Positions 1-7,868 of a stretch of 25,114 nt of DNA are shown piece by piece. Below the pieces are notes generated by a model that was given only the letters and a program-made list of their open reading frames with translations, was not told the DNA's origin and made no database searches. The stretch lies in IMG/VR virus record IMGVR_UViG_2698536443_000023, positions 1 to 25,114 of that record; one strand, 5' to 3'. This DNA is from a virus (lineage: Duplodnaviria; Heunggongvirae; Uroviricota; Caudoviricetes). How positions within the stretch are numbered: the stretch's first letter is position 1; every line of letters starts with the position of its first letter. The position numbers and the translations under genes are program-made.

Positions 1-318
1 ATGAAAAAGATAGCTGCTATATCATTAATTAGTATTTTTATTATGTCTGGTTGTGCTGTGCATAATGATGAGACAAGTATCGGTAAATTTGGTCTTGCAT
101 ATAAAAGTAATATTCAGCGTAAACTCGATAACCAATACTACACCGAAGCCGAAGCTTCTTTAGCCAGGGGCAGAATATCTGGTGCAGAAAATATAGTAAA
201 AAATGATGCAGCCCATTTCTGTGTTACTCAGGGCAAAAAAATGCAGATAGTTGACCTGAAGACAGAAGGTGCAGGATTACATGGCGTCGCTCGTCTGACA
301 TTCAAATGTGGAGAGTGA
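1..318 (+). CDS. Small predicted lipoprotein in the host flank outside the prophage att core
   Basis: 105-aa ORF with N-terminal hydrophobic signal and lipobox-like MSGC motif (MKKIAAISLISIFIMSGCAV). Lies outside the att core at 477-503. AT-rich. Identity not recognised with certainty. Confidence 0.55.
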   Translation: MKKIAAISLISIFIMSGCAVHNDETSIGKFGLAYKSNIQRKLDNQYYTEAEASLARGRISGAENIVKNDAAHFCVTQGKKMQIVDLKTEGAGLHGVARLTFKCGE

Positions 319-476
319 GAATATTTTTTGGTAAGCGTCAAACATGCGCGTTCTGGTTGTGCTTAGCCGGAACCTGTGCGAGCACGATGCCGTTACGTGA
401 AAGGCATCGTGCTATGAAGGGAGATTCTATCGATGTGGTCAATGGAAGACGGTGACCAGGGATAGGGCTTATGCAT

Positions 477-503
477 AAAAAATAAGCCCGTGTAAGGGAG
501 ATT
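477..503. other. P2-type attachment site core (prophage-host junction) next to int
   Basis: Sequence AAAAAATAAGCCCGTGTAAGGGAGATT matches the 27-bp P2 att core as I recall it. Position immediately downstream of the int 3' end fits P2 prophage organisation. Confidence 0.8.
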
Positions 504-582
504 TAGGGTGTCACCAGTAGGGGCTTTCAACGGTACAATGCGGGTTTGAGCGGCATAAATTACCACTGAAAGCCCTTAAACG

Positions 583-1596
583 TTACTCTACTGTGGACAC
601 TATGTGGACACTCTCGGCCTCAGTACCACCTCTTAGCGGATTAAGAGAAATGGCGTCCTGAAGGTACTCTGGCGCAAAATGAGCGTAAACCATAGTTTGC
701 TCAATCCGCGTGTGACCTAGTATCCGTTGTAGCGTGATAATACTTCCTCCATTAATCATGAAATGAGTGGCAAAGCTGTGCCTTAGTGCATGTGTGGCTT
801 GCCCCATTGGCAAATCCGGTTTTATTGCTTTCATTGTTCGTCTGAAGCGAGGGTAATCAGCATCAGGGAATAAAAAACCTCGTTTGTTATCCGCGATCAT
901 TTTGGCAACAGCCTCTGAGATCGGGACGGTGCGTGGTTTGTTTGTTTTCGTTTTAACAAACGTGACGCGGTTATGGATGATATTTTCTGCTTTCAAACGA
1001 GCTGCTTCTCCCCAACGTGCTCCAGTACTCAGGCAAAGAATCGCAATCTTTTTGTTGTCGCCGTCAAGAGCAGCAAGCAGTAAGGCAATTTCTTCCTGCG
1101 TGAGATAGCCTGTGTCTGGTTTTTCCTCCTTAAGCCTTTTTGTCCCTCTGATAGGGTGCTCACCAAAGAATAACTCCGCTTCAATCAGGGCTGTAAACAT
1201 GCCGCTAATACATGTTAAATCACGATTGATACTCGAAGGTTTAATACCCTGACTTCTTCGGGTGGCGCAGTACTGGCTGATAAGCGATTTCGTAATTTGA
1301 AATGCGCATGGGTCATTCGTTATTTTTGTGAAGATTTCAATTTTTCCAAGATTAGATTTCCCATGCTCTTCGTGTTTACCCTTTAAATCCCACCAGATCT
1401 GTGTCAGCTCCGACAGACGTCGCTTGTCTGTTGGTTTTGATAGCCATTCTTTATTGTGGTGGTTGTACAACGTGTATTTCTCGAAAGCGACAGCTTCGCT
1501 TTTCTTATCAAACTTCCTACGGATGCGTTTTCCATTACGTCCAGTAGGGCGGATGTCCACTTCATATCGACCATCATCGAGTTTTTTGATTGCCAT
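583..1596 (-). CDS. int: Tyrosine recombinase, P2-type integrase
   Basis: 337-aa ORF matching P2 Int in length. C-terminal catalytic region with HxLRHxxAT (ATHALRHSFATHF) and LGH...Y (ILGHTRIEQTMVYAHF) motifs. Adjacent to att core. Confidence 0.95.
   Translation of the reverse strand: MAIKKLDDGRYEVDIRPTGRNGKRIRRKFDKKSEAVAFEKYTLYNHHNKEWLSKPTDKRRLSELTQIWWDLKGKHEEHGKSNLGKIEIFTKITNDPCAFQITKSLISQYCATRRSQGIKPSSINRDLTCISGMFTALIEAELFFGEHPIRGTKRLKEEKPDTGYLTQEEIALLLAALDGDNKKIAILCLSTGARWGEAARLKAENIIHNRVTFVKTKTNKPRTVPISEAVAKMIADNKRGFLFPDADYPRFRRTMKAIKPDLPMGQATHALRHSFATHFMINGGSIITLQRILGHTRIEQTMVYAHFAPEYLQDAISLNPLRGGTEAESVHIVSTVE
592..612. repeat. Direct repeat TGTGGACAC x2 (592-600 and 604-612), candidate Int arm-type binding sites
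   Basis: Two identical 9-mers 12 bp apart, overlapping the 3' end of int near the att core. P2 Int arm sites are reported as TGTGGACA-like direct repeats. Confidence 0.5.
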
Positions 1597-1711
1597 CAGA
1601 AAACCCTCCGAGTGGTGTGTTTTTTTGCGACTACTAATCGCTTTTTTCTTGGTGGCTGAAATTTAGCCACCAATAGTAGGCACTTGTGATGAATATATTC
1701 ACGATGAATTG

Positions 1712-2011
1712 TTAACCAGTCTTTTGACCGGAGTGGGGCGACGTTGTTTCGTTTTGCCCAAAGTGTGCGAGAGCGGGCGCAATTTGCCCGGACTCAGGAG
1801 CGATCTGATTGGTCATGAACCATAAAGTGTATTTGGTGAATTGTGGGGTCTGCAGGATGTTCATCATGACATCTGTTGGAGGTGTTGAACGACCACTTTC
1901 ATAGTAACTCAGCGTGCCATACGGAACCCCTGTTAAATCAGCAAGTTGTTGTCTGCTCAAATACTCTGATTTTCGCATTAAGACTATCTTCTCGCTTATC
2001 GTGTTTGACAT
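1712..2011 (-). CDS. C: Immunity repressor C
   Basis: 99-aa ORF with HTH region (LSRQQLADLTGVPYGTLSYYESG), divergent from cox, matching P2 C in size and position. Confidence 0.9.
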   Translation of the reverse strand: MSNTISEKIVLMRKSEYLSRQQLADLTGVPYGTLSYYESGRSTPPTDVMMNILQTPQFTKYTLWFMTNQIAPESGQIAPALAHFGQNETTSPHSGQKTG

Positions 2012-2060
2012 GGTGTTTAGATCTCAATAGTATTTAGTTTAGATGTAGATTGTTTAGTGC
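2012..2060. promoter_or_regulatory. Early switch region: direct-repeat operators (GTTTAGAT at 2015-2022 and 2037-2044) between C and cox
   Basis: Two identical 8-mers 22 bp centre-to-centre, plus a third GTTTAG at about 2052, in the divergent C/cox intergenic region. P2 C repressor is known to bind direct repeats flanking the early promoter. Confidence 0.55.
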
Positions 2061-2125
2061 TTGGATGTGGGCACTAAAAGGCATTATAAGACATTAAACG
2101 CAATTCATGAGGGCTAGAGGACGAC

Positions 2126-2401
2126 ATGAGCAAGCAAGTAACACTCATGACTGATGCGATTCCTTATCAGGAGTTCGCAAAACTAATAGGAAAATCGACA
2201 GGAGCGGTTCGTCGGATGATTGATAAAGGAAAGCTGCCTGTAATTGATATGACCGATCCACAATCAGCTTCAGGTCGTGCAGGTGAATATTGGGTATACC
2301 TTCCGGCATGGAATAACGGACTAAAACTGGCTTATGAAAGCCGCCCTAAAGAGATTCGTGACGGCTGGTTGATGTGGTTAGGTCTCGGTGAACCACGTTA
2401 A
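2126..2401 (+). CDS. cox: Cox excisionase and transcriptional repressor of the lysogenic promoter
   Basis: 91-aa ORF, first gene of the early operon divergent from C. Matches P2 Cox in size and position. Confidence 0.9.
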   Translation: MSKQVTLMTDAIPYQEFAKLIGKSTGAVRRMIDKGKLPVIDMTDPQSASGRAGEYWVYLPAWNNGLKLAYESRPKEIRDGWLMWLGLGEPR

Positions 2402-2411
2402 GGAGAACCGT

Positions 2412-2582
2412 ATGAATGAGCCTCGTTGTATTGCTCAGTTACTGCGTAACGAAAGCCCCAGGGCGATTGACTTCACCATCACCCACGGTAAGGGGCGTAA
2501 GGGAATCATTATCCGCACCAAAAAACAGAGTCCGTTAAAAAAGGCTCTGACCTTTCTGAAAAGCCGGAGGGTATGGAAATGA
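2412..2582 (+). CDS. Small hypothetical early protein (P2 orf78-like position)
   Basis: ATG at 2412 preceded by AGGAGAA Shine-Dalgarno. Basic 56-aa product. Located between cox and B. Confidence 0.5.
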   Translation: MNEPRCIAQLLRNESPRAIDFTITHGKGRKGIIIRTKKQSPLKKALTFLKSRRVWK

Positions 2583-3079
2583 CAGTGATGACGCTCAATC
2601 TCGTTGAAAAACAGCCAGCAGCTATGCGCCGGATAATTGGTAAGCATCTTGCCGTTCCTCGCTGGCAGGATACATGTGATTATTATAATCAGATGATGGA
2701 GCGCGAACGGTTAACGGTTTGCTTCCATGCTCAGTTAAAACAGCGTCACGCAACGATGTGTTTTGAAGAAATGAACGACGTCGAACGTGAACGACTGGTA
2801 TGTGCAATTGATGAATTGCGTGGTGCATTCTCAAAACGCCGTCAGGTTGGCGCAAGTGAGTATGCATATATTAGTTTTTTAACAGTCAGTCAGCGTCGTA
2901 CTTTATTTATGCATGCCGGATTGACTGAAAAAGAATTCAACCAGCCATACTGGCGAATTAATGAAGAGTCATGTTACTGGCGTGATGCTTTATTCCGTGC
3001 ATTACGTGAATTATTCAGTCTGTTTGAGTATGCACCGACAATTCTGACGTCGGTAAAACCAGAGCAATATCTGCATTAA
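2579..3079 (+). CDS. B: Replication protein B (helicase-loader-like)
   Basis: 166-aa product from ATG at 2579 (GGAGGG upstream); alternative start at 2573. Size and position match P2 B. Confidence 0.85.
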   Translation: MTVMTLNLVEKQPAAMRRIIGKHLAVPRWQDTCDYYNQMMERERLTVCFHAQLKQRHATMCFEEMNDVERERLVCAIDELRGAFSKRRQVGASEYAYISFLTVSQRRTLFMHAGLTEKEFNQPYWRINEESCYWRDALFRALRELFSLFEYAPTILTSVKPEQYLH

Positions 3080-3142
3080 GTAATTAACCAGAGTTTTTAA
3101 CGCACTTAATTGTGCGGGGCTTCTTTTTACCTGGAGAAAGTC

Positions 3143-3367
3143 ATGCATACAGTTTCTGAAAATCAGTGCGGTAAATACGCATTACTGCTGCAACAGGCCA
3201 GAACCGAAGCACAGGCCGACGCAGCGACGCGCTTTTCTTCTCATCTTGACGCCATGATTCGCCATATCACAAAGGCGGAGTTATCCCGCGTGGAGATAGT
3301 CGAGCTGCTCAGTCAGGAGTCGGAAAAATTTCACAATATCGGATTGTCTCGCGGGGAGGTGCTTTGA
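3143..3367 (+). CDS. Hypothetical early protein (P2 orf80-like)
   Basis: ORF in early operon; ATG at 3143 preceded by GGAGAAAG. Alternative upstream start at 3110. Confidence 0.5.
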   Translation: MHTVSENQCGKYALLLQQARTEAQADAATRFSSHLDAMIRHITKAELSRVEIVELLSQESEKFHNIGLSRGEVL

Positions 3368-3669
3368 TGTCCTGTTCTCGTTCAGTTGTATTACTGAATA
3401 ACGCCTTAAAAATCGCCGTTATGAAAAATGGCGATTTATCTCTTATTCAACTTGGTCTTGATAAAGAAAAACGCGAAATAACTGAGTCTGTTATCGCGAT
3501 TTATCAGAACGAATTAAATCTCCTGTCTGATGTGGTCAATTTACTTGTTAAACGCGCTGTATTTCACAAGCAAATCTCCTCCGTGGACGAACTGACGAAA
3601 TTAACGACAGAAATTGCCAGCTATTGCGCTGATGAATTTAAAAAACTTAACGACAAAAGGAGCTGGTAA
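3367..3669 (+). CDS. Hypothetical early protein (P2 orf81-like)
   Basis: ATG at 3367 overlapping the upstream stop (TGATG), GGGGAGG upstream. 100-aa product. Confidence 0.55.
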   Translation: MSCSRSVVLLNNALKIAVMKNGDLSLIQLGLDKEKREITESVIAIYQNELNLLSDVVNLLVKRAVFHKQISSVDELTKLTTEIASYCADEFKKLNDKRSW

Positions 3670-3893
3670 TGCCGGACAACGTAGATTTTATTCAGGAACA
3701 ACAGGCTGAATTACTGGAGCGCCAGATTAACGCGGCAAGGGTAAAGCATTGCGGTGTTTCTGCGCTGGTTTGCGAAGAGTGTGACGCGCCAATACCTGCT
3801 GCCCGTCGTGCGGCTTATCCGTCAGCCACGCGTTGTGTTTCCTGCCAGTCAGTCTTTGAAGCAAAAAACAAACATTACCGGAGAACGGCATGA
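3669..3893 (+). CDS. DksA/TraR-family C4 zinc-finger protein (P2 orf82-like)
   Basis: 74-aa product with CxxC...CxxC (CEECDAPIPAARRAAYPSATRCVSCQ) typical of TraR/DksA C4 fingers. AAAGGAG Shine-Dalgarno upstream. Confidence 0.7.
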   Translation: MPDNVDFIQEQQAELLERQINAARVKHCGVSALVCEECDAPIPAARRAAYPSATRCVSCQSVFEAKNKHYRRTA

Positions 3894-4165
3894 GTATTCG
3901 TATTGAAATTGGCGAACGTTATGTCGTTACCAGTGACAGCTTTCAGTTTATTCTCCACGAGAAAAAGAGAGCGGAAAGCGGTAAAAACGCCGGTCAGGAA
4001 TGGCTGGCGGTGGTTGGTTATTACCCGAAATTAAGCCAGCTCGTTTCCGGCCTGATGCATCACGATATTCTGACCGGAAGCGCAAAGTCTTTTGCTGATT
4101 TAAACGCGCAGGTTGAGCAACTCAGCAAGCGTTGTTCAGAGGCTTTTGGCTCATATGGCCGTTAA
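3890..4165 (+). CDS. Hypothetical early protein (P2 orf83-like)
   Basis: 91-aa ORF with ATGA overlap to the upstream gene; conserved position before A. Confidence 0.55.
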   Translation: MSIRIEIGERYVVTSDSFQFILHEKKRAESGKNAGQEWLAVVGYYPKLSQLVSGLMHHDILTGSAKSFADLNAQVEQLSKRCSEAFGSYGR

Positions 4166-6410
4166 AGCCTCCGGGCGTTTTGTCCCTCCGTCAGCATTTG
4201 CCGCAGGCACCGGTAAGACGTTTACCGGTGCTTATGCATGGAACGCGCCACGCGAGGCTGTCGGGCGCGAAAGACCCCTTACACGTGACGAGATGCGTCA
4301 GGTGCAAGGTGTTTTATCCACGATTAATCGCCTGCCTTACTTTTTGCGCTCGCTGTTTACTTCACGCTATGACTACATCCGGCGCAATAAAAGCCCGGTG
4401 CACGGGTTTTATTTCCTCACATCTACTTTTCAGCGTCGTTTATGGCCGCGCATTGAGCGTGTGAATCAGCGCCATGAAATGAACACCGACGCGTCGTTGC
4501 TGTTTCTGGCAGAGCGTGACCACTATGCGCGCCTGCCGGGAATGAATGACAAGGAGCTGAAAAAGTTTGCCGCCCGTATCTCATCGCAGCTTTTCATGAT
4601 GTATGAGGAACTCAGCGATGCCTGGGTGGATGCGCATGGCGAAAAAGAATCGCTGTTTACGGATGAGGCGCAGGCGCATCTGTATGGTCATGTTGCTGGC
4701 GCTGCACGTGCTTTCAATATTTCCCCGCTTTACTGGAAAAAATACCGTAAAGGACAGATGACCACGAGGCAGGCATATTCTGCCATTGCCCGTCTGTTTA
4801 ACGATGAGTGGTGGACTCATCAGCTTAAAGGTCAGCGTATGCGCTGGCATGAGGCGTTACTGATTGCTGTCGGGGAGGTCAATAAAGACCGTTCTCCTTA
4901 TGCCAGTAAACATGCCATTCGTGATGTGCGTGCGCGCCGCCAGGCAAATCTGGAATTTCTTAAATCGTGTGACCTCGAAAACAGGGAAACCGGCGAGCGC
5001 ATCGACCTTATCAGTAAGGTGATGGGCAGTATTTCTAATCCTGAAATTCGCCGGATGGAGCTGATGAACACCATTGCCGGTATTGAGCGTTACGCCGCCG
5101 CAGAGGGTGATGTGGGGATGTTTATCACGCTGACCGCGCCGTCAAAGTATCACCCGACACGTCAGGTCGGAAAAGGCGAAAGTAAAACCGTTCAGCTTAA
5201 TCACGGCTGGAACGATGAGGCATTTAATCCAAAGGATGCGCAGCGTTATCTCTGCCGTATCTGGAGCCTGATGCGCACGGCATTCAAGGATAATGATTTA
5301 CAGGTCTACGGTTTGCGAGTCGTCGAGCCACACCACGACGGAACGCCGCACTGGCATATGATGCTTTTTTGTCATCCACGCCAGCGTAACCAGATTATCG
5401 AAATCATGCGTCGCTATGCGCTCAAAGAGGATGGCGACGAAAGAGGAGCCGCGCGAAACCGTTTTCAGGCAAAACACCTTAACCGGGGCGGTGCTGCGGG
5501 ATATATCGCGAAATACATCTCAAAAAACATCGACGGCTATGCACTGGATGGTCAGCTCGATAATGATACCGGTAGGCCGCTGAAAGACACAGCTGCGGCT
5601 GTTACCGCATGGGCGTCAACGTGGCGCATTCCGCAATTTAAAACGGTTGGTCTGCCGACAATGGGGGCTTACCGTGAACTACGCAAATTGCCTCGTGGCG
5701 TCAGCATTGCTGATGAGTTTGACGAGCGCGTCGAGGCTGCACGCGCCGCTGCAGACAGTGGTGATTTTGCGTTGTATATCAGCGCGCAGGGCGGGGCAAA
5801 TGTCCCGCGCGATTGTCAGACTGTCAGGGTCGCCCGTAGCCCGTCGGATGACGTTAACGAGTACGAGGAAGAAGTCGAGAGAGTGGTCGGCATTTACGCG
5901 CCGCATCTCGGCGCGCGTCATATTCATATCACCAGAACGACGAACTGGCGCATTGTTCCGAAAGTGCCGGTCGTTGAGCCTTTGACTTTAAAAAGCGGCT
6001 TCGCCGCGCCTCGGAGTCCTGTCAATAACTGTGGAAAGCTCACCGGTGGTGATACTTCGTTACCGGCTCCCACACCTTCTGAGCACGCCGCAGCTGTGCT
6101 TAATCTGGTTGATGACGGTGTTATCGAATGGAGTGACCCGGAGGTTGTGAGGGTGCTCAGGGGCGCATTAAAACACGACCTGAGAACACCAAACCGTCAG
6201 CAAAGAAACGGAAGCCCGTTAAAACCACATGAAATAGCGCCATCAGCCAGGCTGACCCGGTCGGAACGATTTCAAATTACCCGTATCCGCGTTGACCTTG
6301 CTCAGAACGGTATCAGGCCGCAGCGATGGGAGCTTGAGGCACTGACGCGTGGGGCAACCGTAAATTATGACGGGAAAAAATTCAAATATCCGGTGATTGA
6401 TGAGTGGTAA
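4155..6410 (+). CDS. A: Replication initiation protein A (rolling-circle nicking endonuclease)
   Basis: Large ORF; product from MAVKASGRFVPP matches the P2 A N-terminus as recalled. Contains HUH-like motif (PHWHMMLF) and catalytic tyrosine region (YIAKYISK). Alternative in-frame start at 4113. Confidence 0.9.
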   Translation: MAVKASGRFVPPSAFAAGTGKTFTGAYAWNAPREAVGRERPLTRDEMRQVQGVLSTINRLPYFLRSLFTSRYDYIRRNKSPVHGFYFLTSTFQRRLWPRIERVNQRHEMNTDASLLFLAERDHYARLPGMNDKELKKFAARISSQLFMMYEELSDAWVDAHGEKESLFTDEAQAHLYGHVAGAARAFNISPLYWKKYRKGQMTTRQAYSAIARLFNDEWWTHQLKGQRMRWHEALLIAVGEVNKDRSPYASKHAIRDVRARRQANLEFLKSCDLENRETGERIDLISKVMGSISNPEIRRMELMNTIAGIERYAAAEGDVGMFITLTAPSKYHPTRQVGKGESKTVQLNHGWNDEAFNPKDAQRYLCRIWSLMRTAFKDNDLQVYGLRVVEPHHDGTPHWHMMLFCHPRQRNQIIEIMRRYALKEDGDERGAARNRFQAKHLNRGGAAGYIAKYISKNIDGYALDGQLDNDTGRPLKDTAAAVTAWASTWRIPQFKTVGLPTMGAYRELRKLPRGVSIADEFDERVEAARAAADSGDFALYISAQGGANVPRDCQTVRVARSPSDDVNEYEEEVERVVGIYAPHLGARHIHITRTTNWRIVPKVPVVEPLTLKSGFAAPRSPVNNCGKLTGGDTSLPAPTPSEHAAAVLNLVDDGVIEWSDPEVVRVLRGALKHDLRTPNRQQRNGSPLKPHEIAPSARLTRSERFQITRIRVDLAQNGIRPQRWELEALTRGATVNYDGKKFKYPVIDEW

Positions 6411-6539
6411 GGCTATTAGATTATGAATAAATACAGGTCTGATTGATGGATTGGAAAATAGCAAATTTAAAAAACAATAATTGTAATGTTTTAAGTAATG
6501 GTTAAATATTGCTTAATGTCATTGTTTTCTTAAATTTTA

Positions 6540-6570
6540 AAGTGCCTCCCATTATTAGGGGGCACTTTGA
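6540..6570. terminator. Candidate bidirectional stem-loop terminator between A and the convergent cargo operon
   Basis: Inverted repeat GTGCCTCCC / GGGGGCAC with 7-nt loop, flanked by T/A-rich tracts on both strands, within an AT-rich spacer. Confidence 0.4.
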
Positions 6571-6584
6571 TTGATGGGGGTGAT

Positions 6585-7868
6585 TTATTGTGGCCAGTCC
6601 CAGTTATCATATTGTCGAATTTTTTCTGATAACACTTGAGGCGCGCTACCGTGAGTTACATTTTCAGCATAACCAATCGTGCCGACATAGTTAATATCAT
6701 CAATATCAAGTGTATTGGCGTCCCATGGCCGTATCTTGCGAGTTGGTTCACAGATAGAAACGTCACGATTGATGGTTTTTAACCACGAGATATTTATTAC
6801 TTTTGCGCCTGCAGCTTTTAGATACATCCTGGCTGTTTCATGAGCATTTCCTTCAGTGCAAAAATCATCAATAACTAATATTTTCTTACCTTTCAAGTTC
6901 GGCGGGTTGGTATATCTTTTGCCGGTGTTGATATTTTTAATAGGGGCAGGGTTTAAATGAACGGTATTTATTTGAGATGTGATGTTTACTTCTTGTTTAG
7001 CTATTCGGGCTTGCTGTGACTTAATGGCTGTTGTATGTCGTAAGAATAGATCTTTTAAATACTTTCCTTTGAATGAGACCGCCAAACCTTTTAGGTCATG
7101 CTCCATAATATCTGCTAGTTTATAAGGGTTTTCAGCGTTATGTCCAACGTAGGTGGTTATAAAACTTGCTCCCTCACTTAAGCCAGAGAAATAAATGCTG
7201 GCACCAAGATATCTTATCCAAAAATCGGGGCTTCCAACCGATAGCTTGGCGAGGTCTCTTGCATTGGCTGAATACATTGTAAATTCAGTGACATATGTGC
7301 TAAATGGTGCCAAGGCGTAGTAGTGAACATCTTCATTAAAATGCCCTTGCCATCCCCACAACTGTTCTCTTAAGCAAAAAACATCAATAAATCTAGCGAT
7401 CTCTTTGGGTTCTGAAAATTGAAAACCGTACTCAGTAACCGGTTCATACCAGGTTGCATTAATAAATAGGGTGTTACCGTTGGTAGCTGCTTGTAAGTCT
7501 TCCCGAGAACGCCCAACATAGATCATTTCGTTTCGTTTCAACTCTAATGCAGCCATGATGAAATCTATGGCCTTCCCTGTTTGTTTTGCTGGTATGTTGT
7601 TGTCGAGTTCATGGCAAAAGTGAATTGATTCTGGGAATTTCCTTTTTAGGTATTCGTCTAGTGTTACGACCCCGTCATGTGTTTCCACGTTTCTATTTTT
7701 ATTTGTCAAGAAGATAACTTTAATCCCTTTTGATGACAAAAACGCAAACAACTTACGCAATTCCGAGTCGATTCTAGATTTTAGTTCCTGAGGTTGAGTG
7801 TTAGATGTTAATGGTAATACAACATCTGCGATTGAAAATATAACTGCCTTTAAATACATACTATTCAT
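6585..7868 (-). CDS. Phosphoribosyltransferase (PRTase)-like protein, cargo in the tin/old hotspot
   Basis: 427-aa ORF. Type I PRTase PRPP-binding-like motif KKILVIDDFCTEGNAHE at residues about 328-345 (nt about 6849-6884). Start overlaps upstream gene stop (alternative ATG at 7859). AT-rich relative to the phage backbone. Confidence 0.75.
   Translation of the reverse strand: MNSMYLKAVIFSIADVVLPLTSNTQPQELKSRIDSELRKLFAFLSSKGIKVIFLTNKNRNVETHDGVVTLDEYLKRKFPESIHFCHELDNNIPAKQTGKAIDFIMAALELKRNEMIYVGRSREDLQAATNGNTLFINATWYEPVTEYGFQFSEPKEIARFIDVFCLREQLWGWQGHFNEDVHYYALAPFSTYVTEFTMYSANARDLAKLSVGSPDFWIRYLGASIYFSGLSEGASFITTYVGHNAENPYKLADIMEHDLKGLAVSFKGKYLKDLFLRHTTAIKSQQARIAKQEVNITSQINTVHLNPAPIKNINTGKRYTNPPNLKGKKILVIDDFCTEGNAHETARMYLKAAGAKVINISWLKTINRDVSICEPTRKIRPWDANTLDIDDINYVGTIGYAENVTHGSAPQVLSEKIRQYDNWDWPQ

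Noticed and set aside
884-1666. Plus-strand ORFs (884-1108, 1328-1666, 1456-1659) overlapping int
   Set aside because: They are antisense to the well-supported integrase gene, with no ribosome-binding site or conserved features.
4132-6464. Alternative-frame and antisense ORFs inside the replication gene A (4132-4464, 4581-4850, 5647-5985, 5679-5927, 6243-6464)
   Set aside because: They overlap the A reading frame, which is strongly supported. The 4113 start of A itself was also set aside in favour of 4155, which gives the recognised MAVKASGR N-terminus.
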